From a virus (Duplodnaviria; Caudoviricetes): 64,000 nt of DNA. Below, one piece after another: positions 19,083-28,120 of the stretch. Location: positions 6,302 through 70,301 of IMG/VR virus record IMGVR_UViG_2582580961_000003, one strand, 5' to 3'. Both the position numbers and the translations under genes were made by a program. The notes below the pieces were generated by a model. The model was not told the DNA's origin. It worked only from the letters and a program-made list of their open reading frames with translations, and ran no database searches. The stretch's first letter is position 1. The number at the start of each line of letters is the position of its first letter.

Positions 19083-20351
19083 CTATTCTTTATCGTTGAT
19101 ATCTCCTAAATAGCGTCTTCCATGCTTATTCCTTAATTTTAATAATTCTTCACTGTTATTTGATTTAACTAAATTCCTTGTTGCATTTACTCCTTTAAGT
19201 GCTAACCCCACTCCTGGTGATTTTTTGAAGATAAAACTATTTCCAATTGATTTAAAAACACTCTTAATGCTCTCACTGTTGCTATCAACTTTCGAAGTAA
19301 ATATTTTAGGAGGATTCTTTAAGCGATACATTCCACCAATGATAATTGCAAACTTAGCAATAAAAGCTGTAGGATGTGCAGCTAAGATAGAGGATGGAAT
19401 TGCGAACATGATCATTGCGATGATAAATAAAAAGATAGCGTAGTAGAGGTGTACAAAAGATAAGTCTTTAACGTTTGATAACCAAGTGTTGAAATAGTGT
19501 CTGTAATCTTTAAATATCCACGCTGTTAATGCTAATGGTGTAACAATGCCTAAGCACATTAAGTCAAACCATCTTCTTCCGTTATTTGCGAATATCTTAA
19601 ACATCATTCCAAACAGGATTACATCAAATCCTAGCAATGCGAATGTATCTAGCCAACTCCACATTGATAAGTCTCTATTCCCCATTGAAACAATTTGTTT
19701 GTGGCTTAGGTTTATAAAGATGCTAGAAACCTTGTTGAGTAGAATGAAAGTGTGCTCAAATAACCAAGGCGAAGATCCAGCGGCTAATGTAGCAATAGGA
19801 AGTCTTGTAGATATTTCTTTAATTCCTGTACTATCCTTTCTGAACATTCTCTTTAAGCCTTCAAATATTGTTAATATCACTACTAACCCTGCTGATACGA
19901 TCATAAAGATGGAAGTTGCATCCTTGAAATAACTGTTATCGAATAAGATTAGAGGTGTGTATAGAACAACACTTGAAACTGTCTTATATACCCATGAAAG
20001 TAGTTCAACCGAATATGCTGGTAAATTAGCAGGTAAGTTGTTTATGATGTCTCCAGTGGATATTAGAAATTCTGAGATAGAATCAAGTTTACCAAATACT
20101 TCTTTAAATTCTGCTATACCTCCACCTCTGCTCAAAATTTCTTCTTTGGAGAAATAGCCTTTTCTTACATCGCCTCTTTCAAGAAATGTCTCAGCGCTTG
20201 CCATGTTAGTGAATAGAAATGAACTTGATAATACTGTGAAAGGTAAGATGACTTTTTTACTTAGAAAGGGGCGAAGAATAAATCTACATTTTTGAATAAC
20301 TTTATCGCACTGTAAAGCAAGAGACTGATTAGAGGAACTGCTACGAGACAC
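19083..20351 (-). CDS. Polytopic membrane protein, VirB6/TrbL-like
   Basis: Six or more hydrophobic helices; RRWFDLMCLGIVTPLALTAWIF...YFNTWLSNV..LSFVHL. GTG at 20351 follows AAGGGA and overlaps the upstream gene; start uncertain. Confidence 0.7.
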   Translation of the reverse strand: MSRSSSSNQSLALQCDKVIQKCRFILRPFLSKKVILPFTVLSSSFLFTNMASAETFLERGDVRKGYFSKEEILSRGGGIAEFKEVFGKLDSISEFLISTGDIINNLPANLPAYSVELLSWVYKTVSSVVLYTPLILFDNSYFKDATSIFMIVSAGLVVILTIFEGLKRMFRKDSTGIKEISTRLPIATLAAGSSPWLFEHTFILLNKVSSIFINLSHKQIVSMGNRDLSMWSWLDTFALLGFDVILFGMMFKIFANNGRRWFDLMCLGIVTPLALTAWIFKDYRHYFNTWLSNVKDLSFVHLYYAIFLFIIAMIMFAIPSSILAAHPTAFIAKFAIIIGGMYRLKNPPKIFTSKVDSNSESIKSVFKSIGNSFIFKKSPGVGLALKGVNATRNLVKSNNSEELLKLRNKHGRRYLGDINDKE

Positions 20352-20782
20352 TGAATGTATCCCTTGATTATGTCTGTAGTCCACGCTGTTGAACCGTTTT
20401 GTCTTAACATTCTTGAAGCTCCTGCTGCCATCATTAGAATCATTGCTAGAGCCGATGATGCTATTACTGAACAAATTACTACGAACTTCATTATACTCAT
20501 GAATTCGCTCATTACGGTTGGGTCTATTGCTGTAGCTGTAGCTGCTAATGCTGGGTTTGCGAGTGTTAGGATGGTCATTCCTGCTACGTAGGTCGCTTTG
20601 AGGATTTTGACTGCTTGCTTTCTGTCTTTTTTGTTTAGATTCTCCACCTCCTTTTTGATCTCTAGTGTAAAATTTTCTGTTGATTTGAATTCGTTCACCT
20701 TATTCAGTGTGTAAGATTGAGTTGGATTAATGTAATTAACGTGTTGATTTAGATTTTTCGATGAGAGATTTAATTTCATCAT
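20261..20782 (-). CDS. VirB2/TrbC pilin-like membrane protein
   Basis: ATG after RBS GAGGAGG; signal-like ANPALAA then two hydrophobic helices separated by RMLRQNGSTAWTTDIIKGY. Confidence 0.6.
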   Translation of the reverse strand: MMKLNLSSKNLNQHVNYINPTQSYTLNKVNEFKSTENFTLEIKKEVENLNKKDRKQAVKILKATYVAGMTILTLANPALAATATAIDPTVMSEFMSIMKFVVICSVIASSALAMILMMAAGASRMLRQNGSTAWTTDIIKGYIQCLVAVPLISLLLYSAIKLFKNVDLFFAPF

Positions 20783-20909
20783 GACCAGCCTCCTCTCTTT
20801 TGTTTGATTTCTTCTTAAATGTGTTAAACCATTCCATTGCAGTGCTTGCTGATAAACCCATTCCCAATAAAGTAGCGATTTTAATCGCTGCAACTAACTC
20901 TAATCCCAT
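20736..20909 (-). CDS. Small membrane protein (57 aa)
   Basis: Manual translation MGLELVAAIKIATLLGMGLSASTAMEWFNTFKKKSNK...; RBS AAGGAGTG. Confidence 0.65.
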   Translation of the reverse strand: MGLELVAAIKIATLLGMGLSASTAMEWFNTFKKKSNKREEAGHDEIKSLIEKSKSTR

Positions 20910-20946
20910 GATGTTTCACTCCTTATGATGTTATATCAAGTTTATA

Positions 20947-21005
20947 TGTGCAGTTAAAATTGTCTTATGACATATTTATTGTTTTTTAACAATTTTAACT
21001 GCACA
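20947..21005. promoter_or_regulatory. Perfect 17-bp inverted repeat (operator candidate)
   Basis: TGTGCAGTTAAAATTGT-N25-ACAATTTTAACTGCACA. Confidence 0.7.
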
Positions 21006-21010
21006 ATTCA

Positions 21011-21415
21011 TTATTTCTCTTTATACAAGACAGAAAACATATCGTATCTTTGTAAAGCAACGCATATTCTTACGAAATAATCCAGTGATGGCTGTGTTTT
21101 ATTATTTAGTATCCTGCTGAATGCACCTGGATCAATACCTGTTAAATTTGCTAAATCTTTAGACTTTAAACCCTCCTGATCCATTATCTTTTTAAATTTA
21201 TTTTTCAACTGATAAGGACTCCCTAATTGATAAGTTTCTTTCACTTGATTGAAGTTATAAACCTTTTGCAAGTAATCGAAAACTGCTGCTTTAAAAATGT
21301 CTTCTATTCCAACTACATCTTCTTTACCACGTAATTTTCTTTGTAGTGTCTCATAGCGTGCAATTTCTTCTAGCTTGATTAGGGTTTCTTTTTTTAGTTC
21401 AATTTCAATTTTCAT
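21011..21415 (-). CDS. XRE-family HTH regulator
   Basis: C-terminal LKSKDLANLTGIDPGAFSRILNNKTQPSL. Confidence 0.85.
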   Translation of the reverse strand: MKIEIELKKETLIKLEEIARYETLQRKLRGKEDVVGIEDIFKAAVFDYLQKVYNFNQVKETYQLGSPYQLKNKFKKIMDQEGLKSKDLANLTGIDPGAFSRILNNKTQPSLDYFVRICVALQRYDMFSVLYKEK

Positions 21416-21536
21416 GAATAAATTAACTTCCTTTCGTTGATAATAAAATTAATCACATTGACTAGGAGTTGTAGCAAATGTTTAAAGATCAATTAGATGA
21501 ATTCTTGGATGAAACAATTGATGGAGGTCGCAAACT

Positions 21537-21725
21537 GTGAGCTTTAGTCAGATTGCCAAGTCAGCATATAGAGCATTTGAAAGTTACGTAACAGATGAGC
21601 ATAGACCACATTGGTATCATGCTTTAGATAAGGCTAGTAATGATACTATAGATAAAACTGGTATGAGCAAGAAAGAATTGAGAGCATTGCTTCAGTATTT
21701 GTATGATGAACGTATTATCAATTAA
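21537..21725 (+). CDS. Small hypothetical protein (62 aa), overlaps the 3' end of the M23 gene
   Basis: GTG after RBS GGAGG; preceded by a 20-codon mini-ORF with its own RBS. Confidence 0.5.
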   Translation: MSFSQIAKSAYRAFESYVTDEHRPHWYHALDKASNDTIDKTGMSKKELRALLQYLYDERIIN

Positions 21726-22244
21726 GTGCAGAGTGTTAAACAACTCTCCAATTTGTTCATAAATGCCTGGTGAATCCTTTAAAATATCTATTTTATCTTG
21801 ATTTTCTTGGACTTTATCAGCAACATTCTGAGCGAATTGGGGAGTGTTCATATTTTGAATGTCATTGATGTAGCCTGAAGGATTGATGAACTCGCCATTT
21901 TCATTTTTAAGCCCAAAGTGTAAATGAGCCCCATTTCCTCCTGTTGAACTTACTACATGACCTGAGTGTCCACTGTGACCGATTAAGTCTCCTTTGTGGA
22001 CAATATCCCCTGTTTTTACCGTTACATCTTGCATATGTCCATATATCAGTTCGTTATCCCCTCCATTAAACTTAATCTTAACTACTAAGCCAGCGTTTTC
22101 TCCTCCGTAGTTTTGTATTTGAACTACACCGTCCTCTAATGCACGTAAATTCTCACCGTCTTTCATATCGAAATCAATTCCCGAATGTTGACTGTCTCTG
22201 AAGCTCTCCTTTTCTTTAAAATATGAAGTGATTTTGTAAGTCAT
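21624..22244 (-). CDS. M23 family peptidoglycan endopeptidase
   Basis: HSGID, YGHM and GAHLHFG motifs. Confidence 0.88.
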   Translation of the reverse strand: MTYKITSYFKEKESFRDSQHSGIDFDMKDGENLRALEDGVVQIQNYGGENAGLVVKIKFNGGDNELIYGHMQDVTVKTGDIVHKGDLIGHSGHSGHVVSSTGGNGAHLHFGLKNENGEFINPSGYINDIQNMNTPQFAQNVADKVQENQDKIDILKDSPGIYEQIGELFNTLHLIDNTFIIQILKQCSQFFLAHTSFIYSIITSLI

Positions 22245-22404
22245 GATGAGCACCTTTTTTCTTTTAATTTTTGATTAAATTTCAGTTTGATTTTCCTTTC
22301 AATTTTAGTTGCTTGAATCTGAGTTTTTAAAGTTGATTGTTAAGTCGAGATTATAGGGCAACATTTTAGAGAAGTTTTATTGGTAAAGTTTAATTTAAGT
22401 TACA

Positions 22405-22545
22405 ATCTCCGAAACTCAATGTCTCCGAAAAACCGTATCCCAGTGCTTCGGGAGATCTCCCACCCCACGGGCGATTAAAAGTACAAACAGTCGGGCGATG
22501 ATCTGGCGACTATCGGGAGAGCGTAATTTTACTTTGGGAGATGAT
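22405..22545. repeat. GC-rich iteron-like cluster (TC[T/G]CCCGA and its inverse), candidate tubC centromere
   Basis: TCTCCGAA x2, CGGGAGA x2, CGGGCGA x2, CTGGCGA and TGGGAGA within 140 bp directly downstream of tubZ. Confidence 0.55.
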
Positions 22546-22571
22546 AATTTACTATATTGATATATACTATT

Positions 22572-23705
22572 TCACTTAAGATATTTACTTAATATATCCG
22601 ATGTACTCTTCTTTCCGCTCTCATCTTCATGTTTGTTTTGTTGATTAGACAAGCTAGTAAATCTTGATTTATACGCATTGTTTCCGCTTGTATTATTCTT
22701 AAGTTGGATTTGCCTATTTTCTAGAATTTCATCTATTTTATCCAAGCGTTTTTCACTTACAGACAATCCTGTGTAGACAATCATTAATTTACTTTTTTCG
22801 TTTGAATTGTAAATTCCTTCAAAGATGTCGAGTGGTTGATTTTCAAACCTTTTAAAAACACTGTAGCTTACATTATCTAATACATTTTCATCATTTGAGT
22901 CTATAATTATGGCAGCTTTACCAATGCTTTTGTGCTCAATCGGGGCATATATAGCCCTGCTAAGACATTCTCCAGTCAATTGATTGATACCTTCTACTGT
23001 TAAGTTCTTTCCCTCATTTTTAAGTTCTTTGTGTACGTCATCAATGCTTAATATTGTTGCAAAACCACTTTGTTTAAAAAGGTTGATGAAGTCTCTCCTG
23101 TCAAAACTCCCATTGACAGAGATACATTCTGTAAAGTTGTATAGATCAATGATATCTTCAACAAAACTTTCGTTAGTATGCTTATAAATCTTACTTTTCC
23201 CTGCATTTGAGTGATTTTTTCTAATTTGTTCATTATCTATAGGAAGAATACAACATTCTAACTCTGAAAGTTCTTCAAAAACCTGTTGGTTATTTGCTAG
23301 TGCTGTAATGGATTCATTATTGTGAGGTATAACTGGAACAGCAACAATTGCTTTATTTGGGTATAGATTCATTAGAATGTCAATTGTTACTACACTAAGA
23401 CCACTTCCACTGCCTCCTGCTGACCCAAAAGGCACAAATATGACTTTAGATGACTCGAAATGACTTTTTATGAAGCTTATTAGTATTTCTGGATAATTTG
23501 AAAGTAACCCAATTGCTGCTTTTCTATCGTGTCCCAATCCCTCACTTCCAAGTAATTTCAACTTGTAATGGACATCGTTTATACTATTTAAATCCTGTGA
23601 TGAAAAGTTAATTGCTCCAGATAGGATTCCCATACCTCCCATTAAGTTTGCTATATTGCCGCCACATTGACCTAATCCAATAACACAAATATCATTAATA
23701 TTCAT
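22572..23705 (-). CDS. tubZ: TubZ/FtsZ-like tubulin GTPase
   Basis: GLGQCGGNIA, GSAGGSGSG tubulin signature, IDN and FDRRDF; ATGA-coupled to the upstream gene. Confidence 0.85.
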   Translation of the reverse strand: MNINDICVIGLGQCGGNIANLMGGMGILSGAINFSSQDLNSINDVHYKLKLLGSEGLGHDRKAAIGLLSNYPEILISFIKSHFESSKVIFVPFGSAGGSGSGLSVVTIDILMNLYPNKAIVAVPVIPHNNESITALANNQQVFEELSELECCILPIDNEQIRKNHSNAGKSKIYKHTNESFVEDIIDLYNFTECISVNGSFDRRDFINLFKQSGFATILSIDDVHKELKNEGKNLTVEGINQLTGECLSRAIYAPIEHKSIGKAAIIIDSNDENVLDNVSYSVFKRFENQPLDIFEGIYNSNEKSKLMIVYTGLSVSEKRLDKIDEILENRQIQLKNNTSGNNAYKSRFTSLSNQQNKHEDESGKKSTSDILSKYLK

Positions 23706-23998
23706 ATTGTCATCTCTCCATTCGTTCGGATATCTAATGCAGTACAACCAAAAGGAGTTAAATAAATACCCAAATTCCTTGCATTTCCAACCATTTTTAC
23801 TAAATTACATGCAATTAAGCGATTTATGATTCTTGAGCAACCACTCCTACTTATTTGAAGATGATCTGTTATTTCTAAGGTTTTAATGGAGTGAATTGAA
23901 TCTGTTGCGTTTTGTTTATAAAGATAGGATAAAACAGATACATCATTAGCATTGAGCTGTTCAACGATGCTTTCAAAATACTTTTTGTATTCATTCAT
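23702..23998 (-). CDS. Winged-helix DNA-binding protein, TubR-like adaptor
   Basis: EITDHLQISRSGCSRIINRLIACNLV...GIYLTPFG; RBS GAGGAGG; coupled to tubZ. Confidence 0.75.
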   Translation of the reverse strand: MNEYKKYFESIVEQLNANDVSVLSYLYKQNATDSIHSIKTLEITDHLQISRSGCSRIINRLIACNLVKMVGNARNLGIYLTPFGCTALDIRTNGEMTI

Positions 23999-24122
23999 AA
24001 TTATTTCCTCCTCTTCATTTAAATGAATATGTTTGCTTTTCAATGACTATTTGTGACCCGATAATAAAGTATATTAGGTAGGTGATTGTCCTGTTCCAAT
24101 TATTTTAAAAACAATTATAAAT

Positions 24123-24167
24123 AAATTAATATTATATATTGACAAGTGTTGGTAATCATCTTAGAAT
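24123..24167 (+). promoter_or_regulatory. Rightward sigma-A promoter TTGACA-N17-TAGAAT with AAATTAATATTATA box
   Basis: AAATTAATATTATATA-TTGACA-AGTGTTGGTAATCATCT-TAGAAT. Confidence 0.8.
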
Positions 24168-24229
24168 AAGGTCAAAGGGACAGAAACCCTTGAAGCTGAG
24201 TCAAACAATAAAAAAAGGAGATGAATAAC

Positions 24230-24505
24230 ATGAGTCGATCAATGGATGAGTAAGAAACGGTTCTTGTATTCAATAATAAAGATAGGAAGTGGGATGTTTA
24301 CAGTTGTGTACCAAAGCACATTAGACGATTAATGGACTATGGTGAAATGGAGGTTTTAGAAGAAGATGAAGGAAGACCAATCGCAGTTAGAGGTAAATTA
24401 GAAGAGCGTCAAGTGTCGATGAAAAGATTAAGACAAATGACAGAAGAACAACGACAACTTGCAGCAGAAAGATTACATAACGCTAGAAACAGTAAGAAAT
24501 TATAA
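24230..24505 (+). pseudogene. Small phage gene interrupted by an in-frame TAA at codon 8
   Basis: RBS AAGGAG; MSRSMDE*ETVLVFNNKDRKWDVYSCVPKHIRRL...MTEEQRQLAAERLHNARNSKKL. Confidence 0.7.
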
Positions 24506-24634
24506 GTAAATTAACAATATATAATATTTTAATACTAATACATACATAATTAAGTAGAGTTATAAAAACATAGTAAATAATAGGCGTTTTTGAGCTTAAA
24601 ATTGATTTTACATAAGAGAGGAAAAGTGAATAAT

Positions 24635-24859
24635 ATGGAACAAAAGAAAAAATCATTGAAAGGGATGAAACTGTCTTCTGAAAATGTTAAGGAGTTTTTA
24701 ATTTCTAAAATTGAAGAAGGAAGTTGCACCGAAGATGAGTACAGTTTATTTTTAGACATCGTTGATTATGGATTTAGAAAAGCAGTAAGAAGTAATTATA
24801 ATACATATCGAGGTTTAAAGAAGCAAATTCAAGCATACTACTTTAAAGGTTGGAAATAA
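24635..24859 (+). CDS. Hypothetical protein upstream of the RNA polymerase
   Basis: ATG after AGAGGA; co-directional with yonO. Confidence 0.65.
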   Translation: MEQKKKSLKGMKLSSENVKEFLISKIEEGSCTEDEYSLFLDIVDYGFRKAVRSNYNTYRGLKKQIQAYYFKGWK

Positions 24860-24891
24860 GTAAATTAATAATATAAAAAGGGGGATTTATA

Positions 24892-27534
24892 TTGAGAGGT
24901 AATTTAACTAATCAAGTGCAGATTTACAGTGTAGATACTAGCTTCTTCTACAATGAAGAAGAATTAAACATACATACTCAATTAAATGAGAGATACATAA
25001 AAAGAACTGATATAAAAAAGAAGATCAGTGCAGAAATTAAGAAACTGAAGAAGAACCCTACTTTAAGCGAGAGTAACAAGTTAAAAATAGAGAAAGAATT
25101 ATTTAACTTAAACAAAGAGATTAAAGCATTAAAAAATGAACTGCATGAGCTATTTCCTAAGAACACAGGAATCAGAACCTTTAATGAAGATATGATTACT
25201 GCTAAGAATGAGATTTCTGTGTTTGAGTCTGTTCTTACGAGGACTTTAAAGATGGACACAGACCGCTTAAGTAAAGACATAATCGTTATTCAAACCTACT
25301 TCTTTAACATTTTACAGGACATAATTAAAAATGGATTCCTGTGGAATGGAGAAAAATACGTAGTATTTACGGCTAGTGCGGGTCAGATTAGAACAAAGAA
25401 AACCATCTTCATTAAAGAATCTCAATTGTTAAAGTATCAAAAGTCATTAATGTGTGGTCTTTCGAGTGACATTATCAATCAAAAAGGTGGAATGAATATC
25501 AATAAGTATTTAGCCTACCTTGCCCTTTGTAATACAGCTAGTGAGCATTGGGATATAGACATAAGTAAAGCGATTGTAGTAGATGATTTGGAAACAACCG
25601 TAGAATGCTTAGTTGATTTTATCAATGATGAAACATACGAAGTGAAGCGTGAAAAAGCCGGAGTTGAGATTAGTCATACAGATGGTTGTGGAATGATTCT
25701 CCCTAAGTTAAGCAAGAAAAGTTTTATGTGTAGACTTCCCTTTGTGAAAGGGTTGCTGGTGAGTTTTCCTTATGATAAATTCATTCGAGAACATAACCGT
25801 AAAAATCCCAATGATAAAATCGGGAAAGTTAAAGATATCTACGGCAAAGAGTATGACATTTTGGAAGATGATATCCAAATAATCTTTACAAAGTCTCAAT
25901 TTAAAATGGCAAAATACTACTCTAGTTGGGATGAATATAAAGAAAACTTCATTAAATATGATTGCAAAGCTGGTAAAACAAATGAAGAAGAGGATAAATT
26001 TTCAGATGCTAAGCTAAACTACCAAATGCTTCAAAGTCTTTATAAACTAAGTCACGATGACTTGAAAACAATTAGCCAAGAAACTGTAACGAGAATCAAA
26101 AACATCGGAAGTGACAGACATGCAATGCTTAAAGTATTAGGTGTTACTGATTCTAATCAGAATAAAAACTACATTCAACAAGCATTGGAGCTGTACCCAG
26201 AGCTACTAAATGATGCATATTGTAAAGATATATTGAAACAAGTAAAGAAAAGCTTAGTAAGAGATGGACGTTCTGGAAAATTAGACATTGATGGTAAGTA
26301 TACGTTTATATGCCCTGATCTTTATGCATTTTGTGAGTATTTATTTCTTGGTCATGAGAATCCCAAAGGATTGCTACAAGATGGAGAGGTATATTGTGAG
26401 CTATATAAAGAAAAGAAAAAATTAGATTTATTGCGATCTCCTCACTTATATATGGAGCATGCAATTCGAAACAATGTAATTGATAAAGAAAAAAAGAGAT
26501 GGTTTAAAACTAAAGGTGTTTACACAAGTGTACATGATGTAATTAGTAAAATACTTATGTTTGATGTAGATGGAGATAAAAGTTTAGTTTGTGCTGATGA
26601 AACATTAATAAATGCTGCTGAGGAGCATGTAAAAGAAGCTGGAGTCGTCCCTCTCTATTATAATATGAAGAAAGCAGGAGAAAGTCAGATTAATGGAGAC
26701 AGTATATATGAAGGTTTGAGCGCAGCATACACTGGCGGTAACATTGGGGCTATTTCAAATGACATTACAAAGATTTGGAACAGCGAAGAAGTTGATTTGA
26801 ATGTAATTAAACTTTTATGTATGGAGAATAACTTTGTAATCGATTATGCTAAGACACTTTATAAACCAACAAGACCTAAAGAAGTGAATGATCTAATTAG
26901 AAGCTACACAAAACTCAAGACACCCCACTTCTTTAAATATGCTAAAGATAAAGAAGATAATAAAGTTGAACCATTGAATCACAGTGTTGTAAATAAACTA
27001 GAAAAGATAGTTCCTAATCCAATTATCAACTTTAGAAAGGCTAAGCTTGGTGAATTCGATTATAAAATGCTCATGAGTAATCCAGATGTAGATATTAATG
27101 AAGAAATCATTGAGAAGTATAGGATTTTAGACACAAAGAAAAAGTTTATGTCTAGTGAAAGAGATAAAGAGTTTGAAAACTTATCAGCTTTATACACGAA
27201 TATAAAGAAAGAACTAGTTAATGGCTTCAATAATACATATGTTTCTGATGTTTTAACCAAATACTTATATGAAGTGAAAAGTTCAAAATTCAAGACTACT
27301 CTTTGGGAGTGCTTCGGTGAGGAACTTGTGAATAACTTGCGAAGTAATGTAAAAGTAAAATTAAATAACACCATCCCATGTGAAGGTTGTGGCGAACGAA
27401 TTGAAGTTATTAATAACCAAAGTAAGTATTGTAGAGAGTGCTGGTTAGAAAAAGAAAGACAGCGTCAATTGAAAAAATGGCATAAAAATAAACATGTGTA
27501 TAGAAACGCTACCGTTTTGGAAAAAACTTTGTAG
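24892..27534 (+). CDS. yonO: YonO-like single-subunit double-psi-barrel DNA-dependent RNA polymerase
   Basis: SAGQIRTKK, HTDGCG, RLPFVKG, LRSPHL, catalytic FDVDGD, C-terminal Zn ribbon; SPbeta position upstream of HU. Confidence 0.92.
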   Translation: MRGNLTNQVQIYSVDTSFFYNEEELNIHTQLNERYIKRTDIKKKISAEIKKLKKNPTLSESNKLKIEKELFNLNKEIKALKNELHELFPKNTGIRTFNEDMITAKNEISVFESVLTRTLKMDTDRLSKDIIVIQTYFFNILQDIIKNGFLWNGEKYVVFTASAGQIRTKKTIFIKESQLLKYQKSLMCGLSSDIINQKGGMNINKYLAYLALCNTASEHWDIDISKAIVVDDLETTVECLVDFINDETYEVKREKAGVEISHTDGCGMILPKLSKKSFMCRLPFVKGLLVSFPYDKFIREHNRKNPNDKIGKVKDIYGKEYDILEDDIQIIFTKSQFKMAKYYSSWDEYKENFIKYDCKAGKTNEEEDKFSDAKLNYQMLQSLYKLSHDDLKTISQETVTRIKNIGSDRHAMLKVLGVTDSNQNKNYIQQALELYPELLNDAYCKDILKQVKKSLVRDGRSGKLDIDGKYTFICPDLYAFCEYLFLGHENPKGLLQDGEVYCELYKEKKKLDLLRSPHLYMEHAIRNNVIDKEKKRWFKTKGVYTSVHDVISKILMFDVDGDKSLVCADETLINAAEEHVKEAGVVPLYYNMKKAGESQINGDSIYEGLSAAYTGGNIGAISNDITKIWNSEEVDLNVIKLLCMENNFVIDYAKTLYKPTRPKEVNDLIRSYTKLKTPHFFKYAKDKEDNKVEPLNHSVVNKLEKIVPNPIINFRKAKLGEFDYKMLMSNPDVDINEEIIEKYRILDTKKKFMSSERDKEFENLSALYTNIKKELVNGFNNTYVSDVLTKYLYEVKSSKFKTTLWECFGEELVNNLRSNVKVKLNNTIPCEGCGERIEVINNQSKYCRECWLEKERQRQLKKWHKNKHVYRNATVLEKTL

Positions 27535-27763
27535 CCTTAGAGCCATAAGGGTTTCAACGATAGTAAAAATATGTAAAACCCTTATAAACGTTGATATATC
27601 AACATTCTTCTTGAAAATTGGATAGTCTCTAAGGGAAGCAATAAGCTAATGTACAAAGTTAAGAGATATTGTGGTGATTTCCCCCCTATTTATATCTCTT
27701 AAAAAATTTTCAATTATAAATAAATTAATATTATATATAACAAAAAAACGGAGGAATTTTATT

Positions 27764-28042
27764 ATGAACAAAACAGAATTAGTAAGTGTAGTAGCAGAGA
27801 AAGCAGAATTAACTAAGAAGGATTCAGCGAAAGTTGTTGACGCTGTATTAGAAGCAATTACAGAAGCATTAGTTGCAGGTGAAAAAATTCAATTGGTTGG
27901 CTTCGGAACATTTGAAACTCGTGAACGTGCTGCTCGTAAAGGTCGATCTCCACAGGACGGCACTGAGATTGACATTCCAGCAAAAACTGTAGCTGCATTT
28001 AAACCAGGTAAAGCTCTTAAAGACGCTGTATCAGGTAAATAA
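27764..28042 (+). CDS. yonN: HU-family DNA-binding protein
   Basis: MNKTELV...[22 protein letters not shown]...[11 protein letters not shown]. Confidence 0.95.
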   Translation: MNKTELVSVVAEKAELTKKDSAKVVDAVLEAITEALVAGEKIQLVGFGTFETRERAARKGRSPQDGTEIDIPAKTVAAFKPGKALKDAVSGK

Positions 28043-28120
28043 ATTAACATTATAGAGGTGGAGTGATTTAACTCCCCTCTTCTATTACATATTATATCGC
28101 TACTTATAAGGGGGATTCAT

